From: Phoronis australis
Taxonomy: Eukaryota > Animalia > Phoronida
NCBI GenBank assembly: GCA_002633005.1
Contig: NMRA01000071.1
Coordinates: forward strand, 202,117-266,116
DNA length: 64,000 bases
Direction of reading: 5' to 3'
The first letter of the stretch is position 1; each line of letters opens with the position of its first letter. The position numbers and the translations under genes are program-made. Positions 24,423 through 37,735 of this stretch are shown here, piece after piece. The notes beneath the pieces were generated by a model that was not told where the DNA came from, did no database searches, and saw only the letters and a list, made by a program, of their open reading frames with translations.

Positions 24423-27400
24423 CAGTAAAGTTGCGCGATTTTCGGATGGCCCGCCATTTATGGATAAGAACAAATATTTCCGAAATGAGTTTTTCATAGT
24501 CCACGAAATTCGTACAAGGTCCAGTTTATTTGAACAAGACTGTAGCTTATTTCTCACTAATTTATGATATCTAAGTTCATCGTATGAATATTATAATGTT
24601 GTTCATCATCGCCACATTCGTCATCACAATCATCATCGTAGTTAATTTTGCCTATTATTCGCTCAAGACTGTAGGTACTACTGAATAGTCAGGCTGCGGC
24701 CACCGCCACGGAGCATTTTCTAGGCCCTAGAATTTATGTTGAGGGCATGTGTCAGGTTTGGTGGGTGGTTTGAGAAAAATGTTGACAACAATTGCCAGGA
24801 AACTTATTTACTTGTGTTTCTGAATGAGAAAAGCCAAGTTTTTACCTTCTTTTGATGCAAACTGGTGGCTGCCATTTGCTATCAACCCCTGTCGTCTACT
24901 GTCCGAGAAACCGGGTGCGATTTCAGGTGGCTGTCAGACAGATCAAATTTGCCAAAAAAGTAGCTGGTAAGGGGCTTACTATGACCACATAGTTAGAATC
25001 TAGAGAGGACGAGCATTCTGAATCTGCAGTCAAGACTTTTTCTAGCACTTGCAGGGAAGTGGTAATTTCAGGGACAAAATTGTCAAATTTTGCATATAGT
25101 TTTGCGTGCCGGGAATTTCTTGCCATGTATATTAACCGATCAGAAATCTGTACAGTTTGATAGAGTTTTAAACGGGCTTTCATAAGATATTTTTCATTTT
25201 TTGCTAGTCGTCATGATTGTGGTCGTCGTCCTCCCCATTGTCCTGTTTTCACATAATTTCGCCAAGTGTCGCTCCTCCGAGCGCTCTAGCACTGTTGCCA
25301 GTTTACCGGGTGCGTGAACAAAATTGCAGGGTATTTCTTACTGATTTGTTAGCTAGTAACATGAATGTTATTATGTTGTTCATAATCCCCGCCTTCATCG
25401 TCATGATCGTCGTCGTCGTCGTCCCCATCCTCCTGTTTTTGCGTAATTTCGCCAAGTGTCGCTCCTCGAAGCGCTCTCGTTTTTTTGTTTGTTTGCACAA
25501 TACAGGTCGCAATTTTCGTCCGATCATTGCAAAATTTACACACAACACGTTGTTTCGAAAGTACTGGAAGCCTATTGTTTTTCGTTATAATTGGATCCAA
25601 GATGGCAGTTGTGGTGGCCATTTTGTTTTCATTTTAAGATTCAAAGGCTTCTGGAGGCTACAATTTTTTACGTACAGGGCTGAGTAACGGTACAATTATT
25701 GGACCGGATGTGCACTATATGTGTACCAGAAATTGTTCACTTCCGTTTAAAGATGGCGGAAATACTGGCACTCGCACATGCGCACCTCGATTTCGGGAAA
25801 AAGATGTTTTCTCCTGTAGAGGGCGCATAAAAGGGCCAATTCCTTCGAATTTTTCCAGATATTAGTGTCTTATGACCTGCTATTATACAAAGCCAAAAAA
25901 CCAGAAGTTACTTTCAAGATAGCGGATCTGGCGCATGTTGACCAATTTTCAGTCGCTAGGACGTCTACTTCTTGAGTTATTTGAGATTTTCTGATAACGC
26001 TGTTCCTTTGTTGAGCGCTCTTGCTGCATTGATGTTGGTTTATCTTCTATTGAACTAGACTGTAGCCTATTTCTTATTGATTTATGATATCTAAGTTCGT
26101 CATATCAATGTTGTGATGTTGTTCATCATCACCACCACCATCATCATATTCGTCATCATCGTCATCATTTGTTAATTTCGCCAAGTGTCGTTCTTCGGAG
26201 CGCTTTCATTTTTAGATTTCAAGGATGCATTTTTATTCTGATATGCATCCCAGATATATTTTAGGGAAAAAATTAAGATACGCAAATTGGGCATATATTC
26301 TGCTAGACTTATATACGGAAATCTACGGTGGATCCTCTTAAACCTGTAAACCATGAGCCAGTTTTGTTCTACTAACATGTTCAACTAACATTCCGGTCAT
26401 GCAAGTCGGTCAGTACGTTCGCATTTAAGGCGTTCTTGCAACAGGTAAGTGTTGGTGTTTCCATATTATATTTTGTTATGTGTTCCCCTCTTCAGATAGT
26501 CACTGTTATTCTTCAACAACATTTCTGTACTTATAATGAGACTTTAGTAAACTCATGTCTGTTCATATTTTAAATTTTAGCAGAAGTATGTGATATCCAT
26601 CCACAGAGACCTGTAGCTAGAACTATTGTCCGTAACTGTAGAGAATATATGACGTAATGAAATGAAAACGGTCGACCTAGATGGATTGTAATTGGTTAAG
26701 CATACATTAAGGAAGAAAATTAAGTATATAAATAGTAGACCAGTACTTGAATTGCCTGGTTTACGTCCTCCATGAGTTCACACTGTCCCAATGTTTTCGT
26801 TTTCTCTTGTTGTCACTAGTCGCTTCTTCCAACAGTTATGATCTGCCCAGGAGCCTATTGTATCAACATGGGCAACAACGGTCTTGGCAGGGGAGGTGCA
26901 CCTAGACGACTACCGCAGAATTAGCGGCACAAAATCGACATTAGTGTGCAGCAGAAGGTGGGGGGGGCGAAAATTAGTAGTGACAGAGGGAAAGCTGCGC
27001 GAAATTGGTGACGACTGTGGACAGCGTTAAACTGGTGACGATCAGAAGAAACGACCCTGTTATCTTCCACACAGATTATCAGAAAATGTTAATGATTATC
27101 AGTTTCATTTAATCCACAAACAGATTTCACAAGTCAGAGTTTTCACCGTGGTTAAAAACGTAAGCGAACCCAGATGTGTTCGGTCACCTCAGTTGCATGG
27201 AGACACGCCAGTGTATCACTGAATTAACATCGGGCATTTCAAAGGCTGTGGATGAGAAAGGTTTCAATTGCAAGAAACAGTGGCGTGAATTTGGTGTTGG
27301 TAGCATTTGAAATTGCATTCGCTTTCTAGACAACGCCCTTCTATATACAATATGTTAGTTAATCGTGTCTTTAGCCGCGCAGCAATGAACAAGTCGACAC

Positions 27401-28479
27401 ATTCCCATCATTTGCAGTAGGCTTAAACGCTAGTAGAATGACAGTGCTTCTTCAACAATTCAGATGACTACCAGAGCAACAAATGGGGACCACGAGTCGA
27501 TGAGAAACTACTCATTTTACTATCATGATTGTCTTTGCAATCTTTTTTGGATAATTGTTCATTCGACGTTATCATGTTGAAAAGTACAGGTGTCAGAGCT
27601 ATCTTGCCTTTGGTTTGTAACAAGCAGACAATGCATGGATACGTATAACAAATATAAATATATACTATGTTCTTGTCATTGTTTATCATTTTCTTCATTG
27701 AACTCGTTCCCACATCCATTACTGTTATGTTTAACACAAAATTCATTAAAATTGAGAATCGCATATTTTGATGGTCGGGAACCCTATTTGTGCGTCGGAA
27801 TACGCCAATTCAGTTTCTTATTGGGAAACCACATTAAAAAAGCACTTATCGGGCGCTCTATGCACGTTGACAGCGCAAACTCGACATTTTTTATTGAGAA
27901 AAGGCATTTTTACAAAAGAGAATCAGTTGTCTGAAACATTTCATGTGCGTCAACAACGCAAACCAGACCCACTCATTGGAAAGCCCATAATTGTCACCAG
28001 GAACACTTTTTTTCACAACGCAGCCCGATATTTCAAGTGAGATAGCGCATTTTTGAAAAAATTCCGTCACTTGCCAAGAACGGTGTTTGAGCATCGCCAA
28101 TGCAAGCCGAATACTTCATAATGAGAAAGCGTGTTTTCAAAAATAAGAATCAACACTTGTCGGGAACGGTCTTTGTGCATCGACAACGCACAATTCTTAT
28201 TAGGGAAAGCCAGTTTTTCAGAAATTAATCGCGCAGACCTTTCGAGTCTCATTGACCTGCAATTATACTGTTATCAAATGACCGAGCCAGCAATGCTGAT
28301 ACTACAACCGCTCATCAAAATAATGTACACCCACAAAATTCGGACATGAGCGGGAACCCAAATTTGGAGGTCCACCAAAATCAGACCCCTCAAAAATGAT
28401 GTTTCATGAGATTCGTCCAAGAATGAATTTTTTCTATTGGAATTAATTTTGAGTGTCCGAAAATCGCGCGACTTTACCG
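24423..28479. mobile_element. Tc1/mariner/pogo-type non-autonomous element (about 4.06 kb, TA TSD) carrying nested repeats
   Basis: ta|cagtaaagttgcgcgattttcgga ... tccgaaaatcgcgcgactttaccg|ta; no intact transposase ORF seen. Confidence 0.8.
25200..26215. mobile_element. Interspersed repeat with (CAT/CGT)n microsatellite and aatttcgccaagtgtcgctc..cgagcg motif (possibly Helentron-like non-autonomous)
   Basis: Motif recurs at about 25257, 25445, 26175 and 53220; internal homology to 50560-50795 + 52322-53250 and to 24535-24650. Confidence 0.55.
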
Positions 28480-28919
28480 TACTTCCAACAAAAAGCTTCT
28501 GTTAATGCCTCGACAGGTGTCAGTGACAAACCAACTGACATGTGTCAAGGGGTCATTAGCACACAAAATAACAGCCACACTATAATTCACCTTATTTCAG
28601 TTGTTATTTGACATCGTATTATAAGCAAACAGTTTCGTAGATTGCTTTCACACAAAAACGTATTATTTCAGAGACCCAGAACAAATTATTTTCACAATAA
28701 TCAACACCAACTTATTTTGCACAGTATGTGAAAGTGACCATTTTGCTGAATTAGAAAATTAGAAAATAGCAATTTTGCAGTGGAGGAACAATTTTCCAGA
28801 ACATGCAAAAGCAAATTGATAGACACAACCACTGGCACGCCAAATGAAATAAAACAAGCAAGCAAGACATAACGGGGTTACTCAGTAGCGAAATATTGTC
28901 ACTGAAATGATTTGAAGCC

Positions 28920-29070
28920 ACTCCCCTCACACTCAGTCTAATACATCATAACTACACTTGTGGTTGTCCCACTCCACTCACACTCAGTCTAATACATCAT
29001 TACTATACTTGTGGTTGTCCCACTCCACTCATACAAGTCTAATACATCATTACTACACTTGTGGTCGCCT
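28920..29070. repeat. About 50-bp tandem repeat, 3 copies
   Basis: Units of cactcagtctaatacatcattactacacttgtggttgtcccactc. Confidence 0.85.
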
Positions 29071-29157
29071 CTCAATGTGCTAACTCTTCACCTGTTCAGC
29101 ACAGAAAGTTTTTCCAAACAATTAGGTGATTAACTGCACCTTGTTGAAAAATACAAA

Positions 29158-29890
29158 ATTATACAGTGTTGTTTTGCACAGAGGTAAAATGTAAAGCATG
29201 CTAAAAATGATGAAAGGTATTCCTATTCCCATTATACAGTGTTGTTTTGCACAGAGGTAAAATGTAAAGCATGCTAAAAATGATGAAAGGTATTCCTATT
29301 CCCATTATACAGTGTTGTTTTGCACAGAGGTAAAATGTAAAGCATGCGAAAAATGATGAAAGGTATTCCTATTCCCATTATACAGTGTTGTTTTCCACAC
29401 AGGTAAAATGTAAAGCATGCTAAAAATGATGAAAGGTATTCCTATTCCCATTATACAGTGTTGTTTTGCACACAGGTAAAATGTAAAGCATGTTAAAAAT
29501 GATGAAAGGTATTCCTATTCCCATTATACAGTGTTATTTTCCACACAGGTAAAATGTAAAGTATGCTAAAAATGATGAAAGGTATTCCTATTCCCATTAT
29601 ACAGTGTTGTTTTCCACACAGGTAAAATGTAAAGCATGCTAAAAATGATGAAAGGTATTCCTATTCCCATTATACAGTGTTGTTTTCCACACAGGTAAAA
29701 TGTAAAGCATGCTAAAAATGATGAAAGGTATTCCTATTTCCATTATACAGTGTTGTTTTCCACACAGGTAAAATGTAAAGTATGCTAAAAATGATGAAAG
29801 GTATTCCTATTCCCATTATACAGTGTTGTTTTCCACACAGGTAAAATGTAAAGCATGCTAAAAATGATGAAAGGTATTCCTATTTCCATA
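29158..29890. repeat. 73-bp minisatellite, 10 copies
   Basis: attatacagtgttgtttt(g/c)caca(g/c)aggtaaaatgtaaagcatgctaaaaatgatgaaaggtattcctattccc. Confidence 0.97.
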
Positions 29891-30467
29891 AACTTTGAAG
29901 ATTGTACCAAATGGACAACATCCATTCATAAAAGTGAAAACAATAAAAGCTGGTTTGTAAACCTAATAAAATTCAAAAGAGCAAAATCATGCATTTACTG
30001 ATGACTTTAGCCAAACCTGAGCATGCAAGGAATTATTGGAAACACTTCAGTTACTTTTGTAGCCTTAAGTTTCCCTTGCTAGGTAAACATTATCTCCACA
30101 CCTGGTGCATTCCACGCTACTTGTGCATCTTGAGTACAACTGTATGTGGGTGAACCACCATTTGACTTAAGTTTGCACATGTGCAGATGATGTTCATGAG
30201 CAGATAATAAATGCTTTTATACAGATAATGTTCACCTACAAGGGAAACTTGATGTTATCAAAATAGTTGAGGTGTTTCAGATGGCAATGAATAATTATGA
30301 CTAGCATGTTCCCATTTATCCGCATAACATCAACAAAAATATCCAAAGGCTATAGATCTACAAAATCCAGTTTTACTATCACAACATACCAGGAGTGGCA
30401 CTAGTTGATGGTGATGGTACTGAAACAGAAGTTAACATGTGTGGGATACAATCAACACATGTTCATT

Positions 30468-31075
30468 GGATAGAATGAACGCATGAACAGGGGCATATAA
30501 GATACTATGAATACCTGAACAGGGGTGTACAGGATAGAATGAACACGTGAACAGGACAGCCTAAGATAGAATGAACACATGGACGGGGTGTACCAGATAG
30601 AATAAATTTCCTAGAATGAACACATGAACAGGAATGTATGAAATGAAAACATGAACAGGGGTGCACAGGTAGAATGAACACATGAATAGGAACGTACAGG
30701 ACACAATGAACACATGAACAGTGGTGTATTAGGATAGAATGGGCACATGAATAGGGGTGTACAAGGTAGAGTAAATATATGAAAAGGAGTGTACAGAACA
30801 GAATGAACACATGAACAATGAACAGGGGTGTATACAATAGAATGGGCACATGAACAGGGGTGTACATGGGTGGAATACGATTACCAAATGAATAGGATCA
30901 AACAGTAACGGAATACAGACAATGGACATATGAACAGGGACATGAATGGCGTACAATGAACACAAACAGGTATAAGTGTGGTGTACAATGAACAGCGAAC
31001 AGTGACACCGAAGTGTACAATAACACATGAACAGGTATGCAGAGGTGTGGGAAATGATGCAAAACACATGAACAG
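30468..31075. repeat. Degenerate minisatellite (gaatgaacacatgaacaggggtgtacagg...)
   Basis: Recurrent acatgaacag and gtgtaca motifs. Confidence 0.8.
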
Positions 31076-31157
31076 CGCATTTATAAGCAGGGTTCTCTGT
31101 CTGTCATAAGTTAAAACACTGCAAGTGTGAATGCCAAATGCACTAATAAACAACAGT

Positions 31158-31327
31158 TTGGCAGGTGGCTATCAAAGAGTCTTTGGCAGGTAGCTATCAA
31201 AGAGTCTTTGGCAGGTAGCTATCAAAGAGTCTTTGGCAGGTAGCTATCAAAGAGTCTTTGGCAGGTAGCTATCAAAGAGTCTTTGGCAGGTAGCTATCAA
31301 AGAGTCTTTGGCAGGTAGCTATCAAAG
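31158..31327. repeat. 25-bp minisatellite (tttggcaggtagctatcaaagagtc), about 7 copies
   Basis: Near-perfect period. Confidence 0.97.
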
Positions 31328-31531
31328 GGTCGTCTCCTTACAGTGCCAGTTGTGGGCTACCCTACCCACAGATATTTTGCCAGCTGGCAAACAGTTTTTG
31401 GTAGTTTGCACATGGAGTCTACACAGTAGAAATACAATTTTGCTTTGAGTCAGAAGTACAGAACCATGGTATTGGGTGACAGGACTCAGTGCCTGTCGCA
31501 CCACTAATTGATAGATTGTGACAGTACTCAC

Positions 31532-31561
31532 CTACACCACCTGTTAACTTGGCCTTTTTAA
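31532..31561 (-). CDS. unc-13: unc-13 coding exon 2, 30-nt micro-exon ((V)KKAKLTGGV(D))
   Basis: gtttttcag|TTAAAAAGGCCAAGTTAACAGGTGGTGTAG|gtgagt; phase 1-1; corresponds to Munc13 VKKAKFDGAQ. Confidence 0.92.
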
Positions 31562-31675
31562 CTGAAAAACAAATAAAACACCAAATTACAATAGTTTCAG
31601 ACACAGAGCAACAAGTGGAGCTATGCCCTGATGAAATTAGAAAATGAAAATTTTGAATGCACAAACAGCAAATAC

Positions 31676-31910
31676 AAGAGCAACATGGAGTATTGGTATG
31701 CACACACCTTGTGCATCGCATACAGTGCAGAGCAACACGGAGTATTGGAATGTACACACCTTGTACATCGCATACAGTGCAGACACAGGAGCAACATGGA
31801 GTACTGGTATGCACACACCCTGTGCATCGCATACAGTGCAGACAAGGGAGCAACATGGAGTATTAGTATGCACATACAGTGCTGTGCATTGCAGACAGTG
31901 CAGATACAAG
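31676..31910. repeat. 52-60-bp tandem repeat, about 4 copies, next to the exon 2 acceptor
   Basis: Units of gagcaacatggagtattggtatgcacacaccttgtgcatcgcatacagtgcag. Confidence 0.9.
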
Positions 31911-32399
31911 AATAATCTCACAAGACAGAGCAATGCTAGTAAACGTAATAATACTTTCAAGAGTGTTACTGTAATAAAGTTCATCATATCATCTGAACTA
32001 GCTTCGATATTCTCTACAACGAATCATCAGAGCTGCAGTTACCAACACAACAAAAATGCACAGATGATGTGCGGTTTATATTTTGGCAACAGATGTCAAT
32101 GCTGTTCCATATCAAAAGCATTAAAACGCACTTTGAAAAGCATGGAATAGGTGCAAACTCAAAAATTTCAAATAGGCATGTGGCAAAATATAGAGTTAAA
32201 ATGATGACATTGATTTGGCTTTTCATGTTTTAAAAAAGATGAAAATCATGAAAGTACAGCTCTGAAACACCAGTTTGTAGTTGCACTAAGGTACGTGCCC
32301 CTTTACGTATAAGGTACTAAATTACAACTGGACATAACACAAATGAGAGCAGAGACAGCAGCAGTAGATATCTTAGCAACCAAACATGTGTTAGGAATA

Positions 32400-32852
32400 T
32401 GGATATTTAACTGAAGTGAAGACCTATACCAGATATAATTGATGTCAAGACATCTACCAGATATAACTGATGTCAAGACCTCAACTGGATATAATTGATG
32501 TCAAGACTTCTATCCGATATAACTGAAGTCAAGACCTCTACCAGATATAATTGATATCAAGACCTCTACCGGATATAATTGATGTCAAGACATCTACCAG
32601 ATATGACTGATGTCAAGACCTCTACCGGATATAATTGACGTCAAGACCTCAACAAGATATAACTGATGTCAAGACCTCTGCAGGATATAATTGATGTCAA
32701 GACCTCTACCGGATATAACTAATGTCAAGACCTCTAATGGATATAATTGATGTCAAGATTTCTACCCGATATAAATGAACTCGAGACCTCTACCAGATAT
32801 AATTGTTGCCAAGACCTCTACCGGATATAACTGATGTCAAGACCTTTATCGG
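32400..32852. repeat. 28-bp minisatellite (gatataa(c/t)tgatgtcaagacctctacc(a/g)), about 15 copies
   Basis: Period visible directly. Confidence 0.95.
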
Positions 32853-33446
32853 AATTTCCAAACACAGACCCACGCAAAACTGTACCCATGTGCATATTAT
32901 TGGAAAATTTTCTAAAGTTACAACTAAGGGGTACTTTGTACACTGCTTACATGTCTTGAAAACTTGACAGATTTGTCTAAAATATATGTGCAATATGTTC
33001 TAATGTAAAATGTTTATTTTGACAAGGCATAATGTGATTTCAGTCAAATCTCTATCATTAACCAGACATTGGATGACTGTTGTTCACCTACTGTATTACC
33101 ATCATACGAAAGGACAGTTTCAACACACTAATTTTTGTTGAATACAAAATAAGAAAGGATGAATAAATTTCTTAACACTAAGTCAGACACAACTGCATAC
33201 ATGTTTTAGTTAAAAAAGTATTGTCAGTTTAACGACCAATAATTAATGATAATTATTTGATTTAAATCTACATCATAAAATGGTGGAGAGTTTCTAAAAA
33301 TACGCCTCTCCCTTTTCCAAAAATACAACAGGTGTAAATGCGATTTCGTTTCATGGTCATTTTTCGAATCACCGGCCATGGGCCTATTTTCGGAGATTTC
33401 CGGTAAAATTGAGCTGTTTCAGACCGTGAGCCTTACAAACCTTTTA

Positions 33447-33905
33447 AGCTCCTTTCATACTAAGGTCGACCTTTCGCTGCTTTGGGGGTTTGCGGTCAGT
33501 ATGAAGGGTTAATTTCAGTCCTGGATCAACGTTAACAGCACCAGTTAACTTCCCAGTAAACAGGTGGATTTAATAGCAGGGCATCAATGCTGCGGTGCAG
33601 TATAAATGGTCAACTTTAGTCCCATCAAAGTTATATCCAGAGGCCACTGTTATCATCAACAATTAAAGGGCAGTGTCAACGCTATTGCTCAAATACTCAC
33701 CAATCGAATCAGAAATAAGTATTATGTCAATTAGCACATGTAAATGTCCCCAAATTGTCACATTTACAAAATCTTAGCGTGCACGCCATGCATCAGCACT
33801 ACCTTGCAATTACTTCGATGACAGCAGCGACACCTACTGTTTACTTTGATGTCCGTTAACTACCAGTTTACGTTGACGCTCTGCTCAGTCAGTATGAAAG
33901 GGCCT
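33447..33905 (+). mobile_element. MITE with Harbinger-like termini, copy 1
   Basis: Termini ..cctttcatact / agtatgaaagggcc; inverted homolog at 34378-34882. Confidence 0.7.
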
Positions 33906-34069
33906 TTTGTACATCTCAAGCTTATCAAATTGAGCCTTGCCAGCTTTTCAATTAAAACTCTGCTCATAAAATGACATGCAAGTTGATGTGAACAATAATA
34001 ATGAAAGGGTTCCTAGGAGCAACACTTTGCAAAATTGAAGGAAAATTAAGAAGGGAGATAGACAACTAA

Positions 34070-34377
34070 ACCAAGAACATCACAAAGTAGACACCAGTTA
34101 TAACATTGTAAATGGTGATACATAGAACAGCACCAAGTAGACACCAGTTATATCATTGTAAATGGTGATACATAGAACAGCACCAAGTAGACACCAGTTA
34201 TATCATTGTAAATGGTGATACATAGAACAGCACCAAGTAGACACACCAGTTATATCATTGTAAATGGTGATACATAGAACAGCACCAAGTAGACACCAGT
34301 TATGTCATTGTAAATGGTGATACAAAGAACAGCACCAAGTAGACACACCAGTTATATCATTGTAAATGGTGATACAT
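34070..34377. repeat. 50-bp minisatellite, about 6 copies
   Basis: caagtagacaccagttatatcattgtaaatggtgatacatagaacagcac. Confidence 0.95.
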
Positions 34378-34882
34378 GGGGCCTTTTCATACTGACTTAA
34401 CTCTGGTCTGAGCAGAGCATCACTGTAAACTGCAAAGTTAACTAAACTGTTCATACTGGCTTCGGTAGTTAACAGACATCGAAGTAAATGGTAGGGGACG
34501 CTGTTGCCATCGAAGTAATCGCAAGGTAGCGCTGCACGGTAAGGTTTTTTAAATGTGACAATTTGGGAACATTTACATGAGCTAATTGACATAGAACTTA
34601 TATTTAATTTGACAGGTGGTTATTTGAGCAAAATACAATTACTATTAGCGACTGCACTACCCTTTAATTGTTGACGATAACAGTGGCACATGGCGAGAAC
34701 TTCAATAGGAACGAAGTTGACCGTTCATCCTGTACCGCAGTGTCGACACTCTGCTATTAAATCCACCTGTTTAGTGCAAAGTTAACTGGCACTGTTAACT
34801 TCGATCCAGGACTGAAGTTAACCGTTTATACTGACCGCAACTCTCCAAAACATCGACGCGTTGACGTTAGTATGAAAGCCCT
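34378..34882 (-). mobile_element. MITE with Harbinger-like termini, copy 2 (inverted)
   Basis: gggccttttcatactgac ... gttagtatgaaagccct; ctgctattaaatccacctgttta is the reverse complement of copy 1 sequence. Confidence 0.7.
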
Positions 34883-35058
34883 ATGAAAAAATATTGAGGA
34901 ATTAGTCAAAAGACAGTTGATCAAATCAGAAAAGATCAAAAATGGTAAGTTGTAGGGAGAAACCAACAACATAGAGCAGATAGGCCTTGAGGAGATCTAT
35001 TCACAAAATTTGTAGAAAGTTCCGCCAAATGATCGTGAAGTTAAAGCTAGACAAACAT

Positions 35059-36807
35059 AAACAAGAGTAACGCGGAGCGTTGAAATGCACCGCCCCACGA
35101 ATGCATCGCAAATGCTGTGCTCTTAGGATTATTTATTTGTATCATAAAAATGGCCATTAGATGGTGCAAAAAATTTAACAATCCATCCAAAAACAGGCAC
35201 ATGCCATATTTCATAAAAATCTGTCAAGGAACTTCAGAGAAACAAAAGAAAACAGAATAAAATGAAACTGCCACTTGCGGGCACAGCGTCCGTGGGATTC
35301 GCCAAAAAGACGTCGTCTGTTGTTATCTTCATATCAATACACTTACTAAATTTAATAAAGATCCTACAGAGTATTTAGGAGATATAGTTAAGGGCACAAA
35401 ACAAAACAAAACAAAACTGCCACTAGGAGGTGCCACAGTAGTCACTCGCCATCATCAAACATCCTCTTCACACTGAAAACATAATACGCCATTTCTCAAA
35501 ACCATCTCTAGAATGATTTGGTTGATTGAGGAGCGGATGCCAAAAACAAGATTTGAAAACAGCAAAAATGGCCACTAGGTGGAGCAAAATACCTCGATTC
35601 CATCCAAAAACAAGACGATAGCGTCATCTCATCAATAGATGCCTATATTCAAAACTTTTGAACTGTTGAAAACCTTTGAAGATAGACTGATAAACATAAA
35701 AAACAAAATTGCCACTAGGGGGCACACCAGTAGTCAGATCTGTCCGAAAGTCGTCGCCGTCCGTTGTCACCATCATATAAATACACATACAAAATTAAAT
35801 AAAGATCCTGCAAACAGTTTAGGAGATTCAGTCATGAGCACAAGAAAAAACAAGACTGCCACTAGGAGGCACCACAGTAGTTGAAGTCGTCGGAAAATCA
35901 TCGTCAGCCGTTCACTTCATAGTAAAAACATACATGCCAATTTTCATAATTATCCTGAAAGCAGTTTCGTTGATAGATTAGTGGACGCCAAAAAACAGAC
36001 TCGAAAACAGTAAAAACGGCCACTATGTGGCGCAAACTAGGTCGAATCCATCTGAAAACGGACAGATAGCATCATCTCATTAAGAGATGCCTGTGAGCAA
36101 CATTCTATGAAAATACGTTGCGAACCTTTCAACATACAGAGGTAAACGTAAAACAAATAAAATTGCCACTAGGTGGCACACCAGTAGTCAGATCTGTCCG
36201 AAAGTCGTCCTGATCCTCCATCGAAAACATCATATAAAGTCTTACTAAAATTAGTAAAGATCCTGCGAACGGTTTAGGAGATACAGCCATAGGCGCAAAA
36301 AAACAAAACTACCACTAGGGAGGCGCCACATTAGTCAAAGTCATCGGAAAATCATCGTCAGCCGTCCACTTCATAGTAAGATCATACATGCCAACTTTCA
36401 CAATCACCCTTTGAGCGGTTTCGTTGATAGAGGGGTGGACACAAAAAAGACTCGAAAACAGTAAAAATGGCCACTAGGTGGCGCAAACTACGTCGAATCT
36501 ATCCGAAAACAGGAGGATAGCATCACCTCACTAATAGATGCCTATATACTAAATTTTATGAAAATCGGTTCAGGACTTTTGAAGATACAGAGGTAAATAT
36601 AAAAAACTAAAATTGCCACTAGGGGACACACCAGTAGTCGGATCTGCCCGAAAGTTCACTCATGCCGTCCCATCCATGGAAGAAACACGTCAAAATTTCA
36701 TGAACATACATCAAGGCATTTTGGAGATAGAGCAGCGGACGCCAGATGCCGGACGGACGAGATGACAGCATAATGTGTCCACATATAAATATGTGGGCGC
36801 ATAAAAA
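35059..36807. mobile_element. Helentron-like non-autonomous element (HINE/DINE-1/pearl type) with an internal satellite of about 150 bp
   Basis: Starts aaacaagag; about 11 subunits anchored by aaa(a/t)tgccactag; ggacggacg microsatellite; terminal hairpin gtccacatat-aa-atatgtgggc followed by ataaaaa. Confidence 0.75.
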
Positions 36808-37407
36808 TGGTTGACGCATCACCATCACACATCCAATTTCCACCATAAACCTCAAGTTATTGACCAGATAAACATTTTATGTAAGTCATCTCTAGCAGGA
36901 ATATGATAGCTCACCAAAGTGCAGTTCGAAATACGTCAATAAAAGAACGGTATTCTGTCCAGTAAATCTAATATCTTAAGAATTGTAAGTCATAGCCTGA
37001 AACCGATAGCACATTGCAGATAGCATTTGAAAAGATCAGTAAATACAGATTTTCAGAAAGATGTGCCAAGGGAGGCCGGAGAAACAGCATGGTAGTGCGG
37101 TTTATTAAAACCAGCAAATCTTGAATAACTCGAGATTATTTTATTAAGTCCTCAAGAAAAACAAATTGCACACTTCCATAGCCCCTGAAATGATCAATCC
37201 ACAGAAAAAATATCAGAAAATCCAATCAGAAACAGCTATGACTCCGCAAACCAAAAGTGAAAAATGGCCACCACATCACCATCTTCAGTCAGACTTCATC
37301 CAAGAACTAACCTCAAAGCTATTCACAATACACTTGTTTCGCGCGTAAATTCTACCATGACCAGATAAGAAATGTGACCTGTAGCATACAAGAAAAACAG
37401 TGAGCGT

Positions 37408-37735
37408 GTGTCAACAGTGATTGTGTGTCAACAGTGACAGTGCATCAACAGTGACAATGTGTTAAAAGTTACAGTGTGTCAACAGTGAGCCCAATAGCTA
37501 CCACTCTTTTGTCAGTCAACAGTGACAGTGTATCAACAGTGACAGTGTATCAACAGTGACAGTGTGTCAACAGTGACAGTGTGTCAACAGTGACAGTGTG
37601 TAAACAGTGACCTCAATAGCTACAACTGCATTGTCAATCAACAGTGACAGTGTGTAAACAGTGACCTCAATAGTTACAACTGTATTGTCAATCAACAGTG
37701 ACAGTGTGTCAACAGTAACAACAATATCAACAGTT
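37408..37735. repeat. Minisatellite based on a caacagtgacagtgtgt unit
   Basis: Period visible directly, with interspersed longer variant units. Confidence 0.9.

Noticed and set aside
30505-32150. Cys/His-rich ORFs resembling metallothionein or zinc fingers
   Set aside because: Translations of tandem repeats; only the 30-nt unc-13 exon within them is supported
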